Positions 1 through 11,149 of a DNA stretch of 32,000 nt are shown one piece after another. The stretch spans positions 870,001-902,000 of the forward strand of contig JAXLZO010000001.1 of assembly GCA_046350815.1 (NCBI GenBank), given 5' to 3'. Made by a program: the position numbers and the translations under genes. Position 1 is the first letter of the stretch, and each line of letters begins with the position of its first letter. A model generated the notes under the pieces. That model was not told the origin of the DNA. It worked only from the letters and a program-made list of their open reading frames with translations, and did not search any database. Source of the DNA: Candidatus Saccharimonadota bacterium (GTDB lineage: Bacteria; Patescibacteriota; Gracilibacteria; BD1-5; UBA2023).

Positions 1-1325
1 CAATTATACAATCTTCATCACCCATTGTTGCTCTCAAAAGTGCAACGGGATCAGCAACTATTATTGATGCAAAAGGTGGAGTTCGTGATATAAATCAATC
101 TGCAACACCTTTTCTTTCACAAGATGGTATTCTCAAGGTTTCCCAATGACTTGTGACGCTCAGTGGTACTGGTGTAAAAATTATTCTTGATCGATCATCT
201 GAAATTGACTACCAAAGAAATGATGACACAAAAATAAATCAGTTCGATCTCAAGAGTGGAAATGCATGGGTTGAGCTATCTACCATACGATCCGAAGTTT
301 TTGCACTCAAGAATTTTCAGATTATGAGTAGTGCTGACGATAGTGTGCTTATGCTCACTCAAAATGGTATATCGAGTACTGTTGCTGTACTGCAGTGAAA
401 AGTTTCTCTTTCTACAAAAGTTGCATCACTGACAATTTCAGCTGGAGATATGGCAACACTCTTCGCACAGGATAGTGAAAAGCCTGATTTGAGTGATCGG
501 ATACAACCTATTTCTGATGCGCTCAAATCGAGTAGCTTAGCTCTTTCTCAAGGGATAGATGACTTTATTCAAGCTATTGCCATGAGGTCATGAGTTTCAT
601 CAGGTACAACTCTTGCTTCTGACAATACTATTGTTTCTCTCGATAATAATTGAGCATCAATTCCATCTTCATCAGGTGCAGTAATTTTTTGAAAATATCT
701 TGAAATTACTTCTCCAAAAGATGGATCAACAGTGAACAAAAATACAATAGTTGTGACATGAAAAATATATTCAGATAGCATTACGAAAGTACTTATTAAT
801 GAAAAACAAGCTATTATTGGCAAGGAAGCAACCTTTTCCCTTGCAGATGTACCACTTGGATCACTTCAAAACACGATTCTCTATAAAGCTTTGAATGCTC
901 AAGGAAAAATTCTCGATAGTGGTTATATTACAGTAAAAAATCCAACTGGAATAGCACCGGTAACAACAACCACACAATCGAATAACTTTCTCCTTGCAAA
1001 TGAGAAGCTCTACTACATAACAGAGCCAAAAGCGAATCCATATCAAACAACAGAAAAACAGGTTACCATACGAGGTGTAGTACCAAAATGAAAGGTAAAA
1101 TCTATACAGGTGAATGGTTATACGCTCAAGCAATTTCTGCCATATTCAACGACTTGGAAATATACAGCATCGAAAGATGGTGGAAATATGGGAAGTGACC
1201 TCAACCTCTATCATATCGTCTACTATGGTATGAACGGTGAGAATCTTGGGTCTACTCTCTATTCTATAGTTCTTGCGGACAATGAAACCTCTCAAACACA
1301 AGTCGCCACTGGATCATCACGTTAA
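1..1325 (+). CDS. C-terminal part of a large secreted/surface protein (5' end outside window), beta-rich repeated modules
   Basis: Single open frame (codon phase from nt 3) ending at TAA 1323-1325 if TGA is sense. It has 7 in-frame TGA and no TAA/TAG. Track ORFs 153-398, 891-1091 and 1110-1325 are pieces of this frame. No family recognised. Confidence 0.6.
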
Positions 1326-1992
1326 TTCATTTTATTTTCGCTCATCCCAGTGACTTACACTTATCGAGGTAATGGTGGTTATTGTGGTGGTAACAGCTGG
1401 TATTGTATGAGCGTTTGGTGTTCTCTCAAGTGGACAAAAACTCGCTGCAACTACAACTGATCGAGTACAGGCAATCAATTTTGCTCGAGAGGGGGTTGAG
1501 GCAGTTAAGAATATTCGTGACACCAATTATGCTCAATACCCAGCAAATCCAAGTGATTGTTGGATCGTGAAAGACTATGATTGTGGGTGAGTAAAATATG
1601 AAACCGGATCGTATGTGCTTGCTCGCAAAGATTTTTTGATCTGATGAACAAAGATTTGTGATCACTGTTGGTATCTTTCTGGAACAACCACTTCTCCAAA
1701 TCTTGCAACGAAACCAGATAGTTCAGCTTGGAATACCTACGGGTCGACATATGCACTCGAGTTAGATGGAAGTGGGTATACCATAACTTGATCAACATCC
1801 TCATGAAAACCTATATGTCGAAATAGTACCAATACGGGATGTTTAACACAATTTACCAGAGAAATTGCTCTCAAACGAGTCGAGAATGATACTATTGAAT
1901 TTTCATCTTATGTTCGTTGGCGTGATGCAAATGGAACTATTATGACGGTGGAGCTTCCAATGACCCTCAAAAATTGGCGTACGAAATTCTAA
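1282..1992 (+). CDS. prepilin-type N-terminal cleavage/methylation domain protein (minor pilin/pseudopilin)
   Basis: ATG 1282. Leader MKPLKHKSPLDHHVNSFYFRSSQ-G|LTLIEVMVVIVVVTAGIV matches the class III signal G|(F/L)TLIE plus hydrophobic helix. The cleavage Gly is TGA 1351-1353. The frame stays open (6 TGA) to TAA 1990-1992. The start overlaps the upstream CDS by 44 nt and is uncertain. Confidence 0.75.
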
Positions 1993-2008
1993 ATATTTTT
2001 CTTATTTT

Positions 2009-2686
2009 ATGCAAGTACGAGACCTTACCATTCAATATGGAAATAGAATCATTCTTGAACATATTTCTCTCGATATTCCCAAGGGAGATTTTGTTTTTTT
2101 GATTGGAGCATCGGGTTCATGAAAAACAAGTTTTGTAAATACCCTTATCGGATCGATTATTCCAAAGGGTGGTGAAATTATTTCGGATAATAAAGGAAAA
2201 ATTAATCTTCTCTCCAAGAAATCGCTTCAGGATTATCGAAGAACTATTGGCGTTATTTTTCAAGACTACAAACTACTTCCTCGTAAGACGGTTGAAGAAA
2301 ATGTATCCTTTGCACTTGAAGTGAGTGGCTACACAAACCGTGAAATCCAAGAACGTCTATCAGTGGTGCTCACAAAGGTGGGTCTTATCCATAAGCGAAA
2401 AGCTTTTGTAGAAGAGCTTTCTGGCGGAGAACAGCAGCGTGTAGCTATTGCACGAGCACTCATCCATGATCCACAGATGATTATTGCTGATGAACCAACA
2501 GGAAATCTTGATCCTGAAAATGCTCTCGATGTTATGTCTCTTCTTGAGGAACTTCATCATCAAGGAAAAACATTGATTATTGCAACACACGATGATAGAA
2601 TCGTTGATCGCATGAGCAAACGAGTGATTGCTTTTGGAAATGGATGAATTCTTTTTGATCGAATTGGATGATATGCAACAAAATAG
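2009..2686 (+). CDS. ftsE: cell-division ABC transporter ATP-binding protein FtsE
   Basis: 225 aa. Walker A is GASGS-G-KTS with the Gly encoded by TGA 2120-2122; also has the LSGGEQQRVAIARA signature, Walker B IIADEPTGNLD and an H-loop ATHD. Runs through TGA 2645 and 2669 to TAG 2684-2686. Confidence 0.9.
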
Positions 2687-4205
2687 AAATGAGGCACATA
2701 ATTTTTTTCGCAAGAGTCTCTGGCTCTATTTTTTTACGTTCCTTGCAGCTCCTCTAGGGTATTTCATCAAAATTATTATTACGAATGGTCTCTCAGTTGC
2801 TGACGTTGGCCTTATATATTGAGTACTATCTCTCATTCTCTTGTTATCAACATACAATGATCTTGGCTTGACGGAAGCCCTCAATTATTATCTCCCTAGA
2901 TATAGACTTGAAGGTGAAGCTGGGATAAAACGTACCAAGACACTGCTTCTTGTTACTTTTATTGCGCAACTCACATCAGCAACTCTTATCACGCTCTGAC
3001 TCTATTTTTCACGAGATTTTCTCTCTTTGCATCTCTTTCATACGTCGGATGCAGCAAACGTTATTATCGGATTTATCCCATACTTTTTTTTGGTGAATAT
3101 CTTTCAGATGACAACAACAATGTTTATGTCGTATGAGGAGCCAAAATATCCAAAACTTGCTGAGTTTCTTCGTCAGTTCACGAGCCTCATGATACTAGTA
3201 TGGCTTTTTTTTGGTGGTCATGCCCATATAGCGAGTGTGCTTTGGTCTTTTAATATAGGACTTCTAATAGGTACTTGTATATTATTTATACTTGCATTTC
3301 GATCTTATACCTCGACTCTTCTCTCTGTTACAGGTATATCTCGGGATATGTCTGAGTATCGTGAAATATCGAGATATGCTCTTTGGGTGCTCTTCACGGC
3401 AAATGTCGGAGTAGTACTTTCACAGATTGATATGCAGATCATCACTGCATATCTTGGCACTGAATCAGCAGGTTATTACAGTATGTATTTATCCCTGATA
3501 TCTATCCCTTTTCTCATTACGGGACCTATCTTTGGTCTCTATCTTCCTATGCTTGCGCGCTACTTTAAAGCATGAAATAATATTGGTGTGCAAAATTTGT
3601 ATACGTTTTTTCTCACCTATCTTTCGGTCTTTGCTCTTTGGGCGAGTGTATATTTATTCGTGTTCTCGAAAGATCTTGCTGTTGCTTTTTTCGGAGAGAA
3701 GTTTGCTTTTTCGGGTGATATACTCCGTATCAGTGTGCCATTTCTTGTTGTGAATCTTCTTCTTCAACTTGATTTCAATAGTCTTGCGAGTATCGGACAA
3801 ATCAAAGTACGAGCAAAGGCTCTTGTGATTTGACTCATTTGTAATATACCACTCACGCTCACTATGATTCCGATGTTTGGGGTTCAGGGCGCTGCCTTAG
3901 CTGTTGGTCTTTCTTGGATAGCGATAGCTTTCGTTGCACATCGTGCTATTCCTTTTGAGTCACGATCTCCTGATTGGAAAGTCATTATGAAAACATCTAT
4001 TGGGATCAGCAGTCTTCTTCTGGTTCTGCTTCCCATCCTCTGGTATCAAAGTATATGAGATATAAGCACATGAAATATTCGATGAGATGCAATACTTTCT
4101 CTTGGATTTGGAGCGCTCTTGTTTATACTCATGTTCGTTTTGTTTCATCATCGGGAATTTCGTTCCATTGCTTCGTTGATTCGTCAAGGAAAGCAACAAG
4201 AATAA
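2673..4205 (+). CDS. Wzx/MOP-superfamily polysaccharide (lipid-linked oligosaccharide) flippase
   Basis: One frame joins track ORFs 2628-2822, 3027-3575, 3588-3833 and 3864-4058 through TGA codons to TAA 4203-4205. About 12-14 hydrophobic helices. The N-terminal pattern KSLWLYFFTFLAAPLGYFIKIIITNGLSVADVGLIYG..LNYYLPRY is typical of polysaccharide biosynthesis/flippase proteins. Start could be 2628, 2640 or 2673 (2673 overlaps ftsE by 14 nt). Confidence 0.7.
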
Positions 4206-4233
4206 AACCTATTTTTCCACTGATTTTCTTTCT

Positions 4234-7200
4234 ATGATTCTCACTCCACTTCGTTCCATTTTTCTCGCTCTTTTCTGATGCGTATTTGGATTTTGGGTTT
4301 ATTCGTCAATTGCTGTTTATTTTGCTGCAAAAGTCTATCCATCACATTCACCCGAGTCTATCCAGGGTTTTGGTTGGGTACTTGCACTGGTAGCTCTCTG
4401 ATTTGTTCTATATTCAGCGTGGAGCCAAAGTAGAACGATACGTTATACTCATTCGATTCTGAGCGTTTTTGGAGTTTTTCTCCTCATTCATCTTCTGATT
4501 GCATTTGCTTACACTTCCACACAGTCAGCAAATCTTGCGAATATTTTTTGAGCTTGATCTGGCGTATTTGGTATTGCTGTTGGTATTTTTGCAAAAAGTG
4601 TAGGCTTTATGATGCTTCCTCTCTGTTTTTTGTGAATATTCTATACAGTTGGAGCAAACGCAAATTCGATCGTATGACTTAAGGTCGGATCACAAGTTAG
4701 TCTCTCCGTCTTTCGCCTGCTTTCTGTGATGCTGTGAGCGGCACTATACATTATTTTACTCAATATTCTTGGAGCGTTTGGTATTTTTCAAGTGTCCGTT
4801 GTTTTGATAGCTACGCTCGTATTTGCCCTCATTGGTGCTACTCAGTATGGTAATCTTCTCAGAATCATAGTTGAAAAAGAGGCAATAGAATCAAAAAGTA
4901 GCATTCTCTCTTCTATTGTTGCTCAGCTCTTTGTGCTTGCATTGATGATTTTCTTCTCATCAAATATTCTCTCCATCCTTCGTCCCATGCCGATAGGTTG
5001 GGATGATCTTGGTGTTTATATGAACTTTCCTCGTCTGATCGCTCTCTCTGGTGAGAGCGGATGAATGGGGCTTATTGCTTGGCAACATTTTACATCGATT
5101 GGGTTTCTTCTGGGAAGTCCGACACAGGCATTTTTCCTCTCGGAGCTTGGTGGTATTCTCCTTGTGATTGCTTGTATTCTCGGAGTACGATCAATTGCAG
5201 ATGCACATATATCAAAACATTCATTTTGGCCTTTTGTAGTCGCAACATCTATGGTGAGCCTACCGATGATTGTCTTTCATCTTGCGAAGGATATGAAAGT
5301 AGACCCTGCACTTTTTGGTATATCTGTTGGTGCTTTCGTGGCTCTTATGAGCGCTCTGCGAATTGATCGATCAAAACAAGGGGTTGTTGATACACAAGAT
5401 CATCCATTTTTAGCTCAAATAGCTTGCTACATTCCGTCGCTGAACCCTCAGTCATTTGTATTGATCATCATAGCTGGTATTCTCACATGAGTTGCTTTTG
5501 CTATTAAGATGACAACGTTGATGCTCTTGATTGCAGCGTTTGCGATGATCTTTTTTCGCTATGCGAAATATCTTGGACTCGCAGTATATACATCACTTTT
5601 TCTTTGAATCTTTACCATTGGAAAACTCTGGTCAATCATGAATGTTGATTTTCTTTCCAATCTTCAAAATCCTCGAATGATTGTTGGAGGCGCGTTTCTG
5701 GCTATTGCGACCGCATTGATCATTGGGACTCTGTATTCAAAACAGTATTTTCTTCGAATTAAAAATGCTTTCCTTGTTTCCATAGTATTCGGTATTTCTT
5801 TTGTTCTCGCTCTCTCTCCATGGCTTATCAAGAATATATTTGAAATATATTCTCATCCAAATGGTCTAGCTCCTCAGTTCACGGAAATTCTTTCGGGTCG
5901 ATGAAATTATTTTGCTCCTGAGTGGAAAAAAGTATATTCCGAGAACGAGCTTGCCAATAAAGAAGCAGAGCAAAAAACAAATCTTACGAGTCAGTCGGGT
6001 CAAACAACCAATGAAGATTTTGGCCGATATTTCGGATATGAGTCATGACTCAATAATGCGCTCAAGCTTCCACTCAACCTCACAACACAGATCAATCAAT
6101 CAGGTGAATTCACCAATATTGGATTCTTCTTTCTTGCGCTCGTACCACTGATGTGAATAGCGCTCGTGCGATCACGTGCTCATGCACTCCTTTTGTTGTG
6201 ACTTATTCTCTTCTTTGCACTCTACTATTTTCAAAGAGGTATCACTGCAGAACTTTCAGGATTTTTTGCAACAATCAACTATCCTTATGCGTATATCTAT
6301 ATCATATCGATCGTAGCACTCGTGCTTCTTGTTTCTCTCTTTGGTCTCAAGATCTCTGAGAATGATAACGAGAGTAGTCGTGCTGAAATTCGTGATATTC
6401 GTCTTGTGCTCGTAGCTCTCGCATATTATGGATTTATATTTTGGATATCTTCCTATGGTATCGTATGGTACGGGATATTGATTTATTTTCTCTTCTTTCT
6501 TGTTATTATTTTTGGTGCACGAATGATTGATCGCGAGATCGATGATCTTATTGGTGAGCCAACTTCATTAGCGGCTGGTATTTCAGTGATAATTATTGGT
6601 TGTTTTGTATTTTTTTCTGCTGTGCCTCATGCATGGACGAATGTTCTGAGTGCAGGCTTTCTCGAATACAAGACAGGTCTTATGACGAGCGAATCGGTGG
6701 TATACAAGACTCACGATGATCCAATACTTGCGACGCTCAATATCAATGATCAGGCAAAAGCAGTAGCAGAGCTCATTCGTGGGATTGATAATGAAAAAAT
6801 TCGTACGATATTCGAAGGGCAAAAAATTACCACTATGGAATCATATCTTCAAATGATTGATGGTATTGAGTCGCAACTTCGTGATGCAAAAGCTCTGGAT
6901 GTTACACTTCAAAATATGTTCTCCCAAATGAGAGAGCAGGCGTATATCTTTATCATGAATCCAAGTGATGAATTTCTCAATAATCGAAAAATATACCGTA
7001 TCGGTACATTTCTTACCTACTTCATACGCAACAATATTACTCGCTATCTTGATGATTCACTCGTCATGGAATACGATCGTATGATTTCTTCACCGAATGA
7101 TGATACGGCAGCAGAGAGGCTCGATAAACTCTGAATTGGCTATCTTCTCATTGATCTGAATGCAGCCACGATAGATCGTGATCCGCGACATGATTTAACC

Positions 7201-7590
7201 ACTCGATTTGAGTCGCTTATAGCAAATACTCGCAGTGATCATTTGAAACTCATTCATACTGATTCTATGTGTTTGAGACTTGCATTGAGCAATAAAAAAG
7301 ATCTCTCGAGAGATCAATTTCTCTCTCTTGCTCATGTGAATTCCGAGAGTTATGTTCGTGATTCGTCTTGATCGATTGCTACAGTCTCTCGTGCTACAAA
7401 AATGGCTACATGTCGCCAACAAATATACACTCTTCTTAAGAGTGATAAGGAAATTCCATCATTCCTTGATCCATACAGAACCTACGCAAGACAGAATAAA
7501 TTCGACGATGAAAAACTCGCTGGTTATGTATCCCATATTGTTTGAGATCGATCTTCTGTTGCTCTCTTTGAGGTCGTGAAAACAAAATAA
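4234..7590 (+). CDS. 1118-aa polytopic membrane protein with a C-terminal soluble domain; possible GT-C-type glycosyltransferase (function not established)
   Basis: ATG 4234; one frame joins track ORFs 4792-5064, 5065-5490, 5638-5904 and 6322-7134 and continues through TGA to TAA 7588-7590. Many predicted TM helices. A loop motif RPMPIGWDDLGVYMNFPR resembles the acidic first-loop motif of GT-C enzymes. Lies next to the flippase. Confidence 0.6.
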
Positions 7591-7602
7591 TATCTGATTT
7601 TT

Positions 7603-7863
7603 ATGAATCGCAGAGAATTTGCTGATATCGCCGATGAGTACATCCGTCGGCTCAATGAAATCGCAGAACAACAAGGTTATTCTATTATCACAGCATTCTA
7701 CATTGAATGAAGTGATAAAGAACCTTCGGAATACAGTATTGATTTTAGGCATATGAGCATGCATGGGAATCTCTATGCACTCGGACGCTGGAATCAAGAT
7801 ATCATGGGTGTGTATGATGAACAAGATGATGAGATGGGTGAATCGGAAATATTTGAGAAATAA
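7603..7863 (+). CDS. hypothetical small acidic protein (86 aa)
   Basis: ATG 7603 to TAA 7861-7863 with one in-frame TGA; followed immediately by a terminator hairpin. Confidence 0.5.
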
Positions 7864-7887
7864 AAAACTTCCTCGGAAGTTTTTTTA
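7863..7887 (+). terminator. Rho-independent terminator
   Basis: aaaaacttcc-tc-ggaagttttttt: GC-poor stem followed by a T-run, directly after the stop codon. Confidence 0.6.
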
Positions 7888-7976
7888 TTGTCTTATTTTA
7901 TGGTTTAAGGAAAATTGGAAGGCTCTGATTTTCATTAGAATAATGATATATTCATCCATGGTATATCATAGGATTT

Positions 7977-8316
7977 GTCATCCTGAACTTGATTCAGGAT
8001 CTACCATTCTTCAGGCTTAAAAGTTAGATGAAGAAATACAAGAAAAAGTAGATTCCCGATCAGGTCGGGAATGACAGAAGTAAGAATACAAAACTCCCTC
8101 TAACCCCTTTAACGAGGGGGATAGACCGAAACAAAAGAAGTTTTATCCCCCTGATAAGGGGGAGTAAAGGGGGTTGGTATTTTTCTTTCCCTCTTGAGAG
8201 GGTGCTCGTAGGTGATGTGCGACCAAAGGGATTCCAGCGATTGCAACGAGTTGTGGATGTCTTGTATTTATATACACAAGAAAAAAGAAGATCCTGAATC
8301 AAGTTCAGGATGACGA
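7977..8316. repeat. MITE-like composite repeat: 26-bp perfect terminal inverted repeats enclosing further hairpin repeats
   Basis: gtcatcctgaacttgattcaggatct at 7978-8003 is the exact reverse complement of agatcctgaatcaagttcaggatgac at about 8289-8314. Inside are gtagattcccgatcaggtcgggaatgaca (8048-8076, identical copy at 16039-16067) and several G/C-tract hairpins (ccctc..gaggg, ccccc..ggggg). Confidence 0.7.
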
Positions 8317-8415
8317 TTATTTTTATGTATTTTAGTGGTTATTTTGATGCATGAAGGATTGTTGTCAAATTACTAAGAAATCCCTTCTATTTCAAGCTCT
8401 GTTACAAATTTTGGT

Positions 8416-9609
8416 CTACCACTTCCACTCAGTAATAAATTGTTCTTGGATGATCTGTGGAGCCTCGATCGATAATGGTTTTTTCTCTCAATTCTCATCG
8501 CGCTCTCGATAGTGTATGACAATGAGAGTAATATCATCGAACTGTTTGTATCCATACCCCATAAACCGTGAAAGTGCTATCGTAACAGCATTGAAGACAC
8601 TTTGAGCACTTTTATTTTCTACCTTTTCGATCGTCTGACAGAGTCTCTCGACGCCGAAGAGTGGGGAAGCAGTGGTGGGGCCACTGTGAGCCTCTGTGAT
8701 ACCATCGCTGTACATAATAGCAATATCACCAGGATCGAATTGTATCTGTATATCCTTGAGGCTCTTCGAGATATCCTTCATCATACCGAGCGCCATACCA
8801 CCTGATCGGATACGATAGATTTTTCTTTCTCATGCTTTGTAGATGAGGAGATATTCATGTCATGCTCCAGTCATATGGAGACTGCGATCATTTTCATCCC
8901 ACCTGAGCAGGAGGAGGGTCATGAGCATATTCGATTTTACACGAGGCTTGAGGACTTCATTCGTCGCTGCAAGTATCTCACTTCCGCTCTTGATCACACG
9001 GCTAAATCCTGATATGAGTGCATTGGTCATCATCATGATGAACCCACTTGCTACGCCATGCCCCGTTGCATCACCGAGGTAGATATAATATGACCCATTG
9101 CGCTCGATGATATCATACGAATCACCACCTACCTCGGTCGCTGATCGGCTATTCGCAACAATATCGAGTGATGGTATGCTCACATTATGAGGACGTGATA
9201 GTACGTGTTGCTGAATCTCGGCAGCGACTTCTACTTCGGATCGGAGAATTCGTCCCGCTGCAAATTCCCCTTTGTACCGCTCCAGTATCTCCAAGGCTCG
9301 TGTGAAGAATGCTGTTACAAAAGCTACCTCAGGACTAAATCGTGTAATCGCCACCTCGCCAGTATTTCATTTGCCAGCGAGAAACCGTGCAATCGCATCA
9401 CGCAGATCGTAGATCGGACCCAAAACAAAGATGATATAGATATAGAGAAGTCCAGCAATCGTCGAGAGTACCATAGCGACTCATCGAGGATCATAGATAT
9501 TCTTAAAGAGCTCTCTCGGAACCTCTATAAATCCCCCAAGTACCAGTCCAACCGAGATGGAGAAGATAAATGATAAGAAGAAAAGAAGCGTTGGAATATA
9601 GCGATTCAT
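8416..9609 (-). CDS. membrane-anchored HAMP-domain PP2C/SpoIIE-family serine phosphatase
   Basis: ATG at 9609. N-terminal TM segments (LLFFLSFIFSISVGLVLGGF, VAMVLSTIAGLLYIYIIFVL) and a HAMP-like linker, then PP2C motifs (EVGGDSYD, YLGDATGHG, MYSDGITEA, DDITLIV). Joins track ORFs 8860-9354 and 8488-8796 via TGA. Stops at TAG 8416-8418. Confidence 0.85.
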
Positions 9610-9764
9610 ATAGATATTTTCTTAATTCTACACTATTTTTTGAGAAAAGGCCAAACAATCGTATATATATCAATACACAGGCTATTGCTGTCAATACAAA
9701 TTCACGTGACAACAAAAACACTTCACATATGATGCCTCATGTTATCTATTTACTTATAACACCT

Positions 9765-10307
9765 ATGGTACGAAATGTAAAAGGTTTTACGATGGTAGAA
9801 CTTATGATCGTTATAGCGATTATTGGGGTACTCGCAGTTGCACTTATCCCATCTCTTCTTGGATCTCAAGCAAAAGCTCGTGATACAGCAAGACAGAATA
9901 ACTTGAATTCGATTGCAAGTGCGATTGATGGGTATCAGTTAGATAATTCTGCATTTCCTGATTTAGTCTCAGGTCAGGCTAATTGTGTATCCGATTCAAA
10001 TGGAAAAGTTTCAAACTTTAGCACAGCGATTAATGCGACTATAGCAGCCAATATAAAATGATGATCTTTCCCAACTGATCCTAATAAAACAGTAAATGGT
10101 TTATGTACTAGTGGCACTGGTGCATATGGTTATAAAGTGTTATCAAAAGGTGGTACTAATAGTGGTAGTTATGTATTGTTAGCCATATCTGAAACCAAAA
10201 GATGAAATTTACAGACTAGTGGAGCATGGTCTACTTTTTCATCAGCTGAGTCTCTTAGCGGGTCTATTGTTCAAGCTAGTGGAACTGGCTTTGCAGTTAT
10301 TTACTAA
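9765..10307 (+). CDS. type IV pilin (PilA-like major pilin)
   Basis: MVRNVKG|FTMVELMIVIAIIGVLAVALIPSL is a canonical prepilin leader plus N-methylation site and hydrophobic helix. Reads through TGA-TGA at 10059-10064 and one more TGA to TAA 10305-10307. An upstream ATG at 9729 is an alternative start. Confidence 0.9.
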
Positions 10308-10323
10308 AAAGTATATAACCTAT

Positions 10324-10354
10324 AAATCCCTCTCAAATTTGAGAGGGATTTTTT
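10324..10354 (+). terminator. Rho-independent terminator of the pilin gene
   Basis: aaatccctctca-aatt-tgagagggattt followed by a T-run. Confidence 0.75.
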
Positions 10355-10358
10355 CTAT

Positions 10359-10458
10359 TCAAACAACAACGATTTTCTCCATTTCATCGTCAGTCCAAAT
10401 GCACATACAAGAAGTACTCCAAAGAGTGCAAAGAATCCAACATGCCCAAGGAGAGTAA
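10359..10458 (-). pseudogene. remnant copy of the 3' end of the MFS transporter gene (homologous to 13127-13227)
   Basis: By-eye alignment of tcaaacaacaacgattttctcc...aaggagagtaag with the true 3' end at 13127-13227 gives about 13 mismatches in about 100 nt. There is no upstream coding continuation. Confidence 0.75.
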
Positions 10459-10687
10459 GGAGGATTCGACCGATTAGGGGAGTAAATAATTTCCCTCTTA
10501 AGGGGTGGTAAAGAGTGATGGGGTGGTGGTTTTTGTCAAGGAAGTTTTATAAATGAATAATTGAAGCCTGTTAAATCAAGTTCGGTATAAAACACTAAAA
10601 GGTTATCTGTCATTCCCGCGGAGGCGGGAATCTCCTTTCTTTAGCAATCCAGCAAAGTACGCTATACAAGGATCATCAGAGTCTACC

Positions 10688-10779
10688 GACAAGGCTCACC
10701 AGTCCAGCGAGTTCCCCTTGTTGGGACGAGTCGGACAAGGCTCACCAGTCCAGCGAGTTCCCCTTGTTGGGACGAGTCG
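10688..10779. repeat. perfect 46-bp tandem direct repeat (2 copies)
   Basis: gacaaggctcaccagtccagcgagttccccttgttgggacgagtcg occurs at 10688-10733 and again at 10734-10779. The core cagtccagcgag..gagtcgg recurs at 16233-16268. Confidence 0.9.
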
Positions 10780-10892
10780 GAGATAGAGGAGTATTTGAGT
10801 TGTGATTTTCTTTGACGTAACATTTGATATGACAAAATGAGTTGATTTTTGTTTCTTTCGCTATAGTCTCTCCCTATAAATTCTAAAGTTTT

Positions 10893-11147
10893 ATGGAACA
10901 AACAAAAAATATCACACTTACTGGAAAAATGGAGTTTACTATCAAAATTGAAGCAGAGGGTGATGGATTTTTTGGGTATGTTGTAGAAAATAATATATCC
11001 TCTTTTGGTGATACACAAGAGGAAACGCTTGCTATGACACAGGAGGCACTCAAACTCTGGATTGAATCACAGATGCGATTTCGACTGGAGAAACTCTCTC
11101 ATATTATGAACAAACAATCAGAAGGTATCTATAAGGTAGCTATCTAA
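10893..11147 (+). CDS. hicB: HicB-family antitoxin
   Basis: 84 aa. FTIKIEAEGDGFFGYVVENNISSFGDTQEETLAMTQEALKLWIES matches the HicB/UPF0150 N-terminal fold pattern (..DGGY.a.vPdlPGc.sqGdT.eEa..n..eAi.l.le). Directly followed by hicA. Confidence 0.75.
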   Translation: MEQTKNITLTGKMEFTIKIEAEGDGFFGYVVENNISSFGDTQEETLAMTQEALKLWIESQMRFRLEKLSHIMNKQSEGIYKVAI

Positions 11148-11149
11148 TC

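Noticed and set aside
8373-8555. Track ORF 8373-8555 and the plus-strand ORFs 8602-8805, 8843-9082 and 9205-9573 as separate genes
   Set aside because: All lie within or antisense to the single 397-aa HAMP-PP2C CDS (8416-9609) reconstructed with UGA=Gly.
10688-10779. Possible CRISPR array
   Set aside because: There are only two directly abutting identical 46-bp units with no spacers and no cas genes nearby, so this is a simple tandem duplication.
10683-11018. Track ORF (111 aa, minus strand) across the repeat zone
   Set aside because: It is composed of translated palindromic and tandem repeats, overlaps the hicB start on the opposite strand, and has a non-protein-like sequence.
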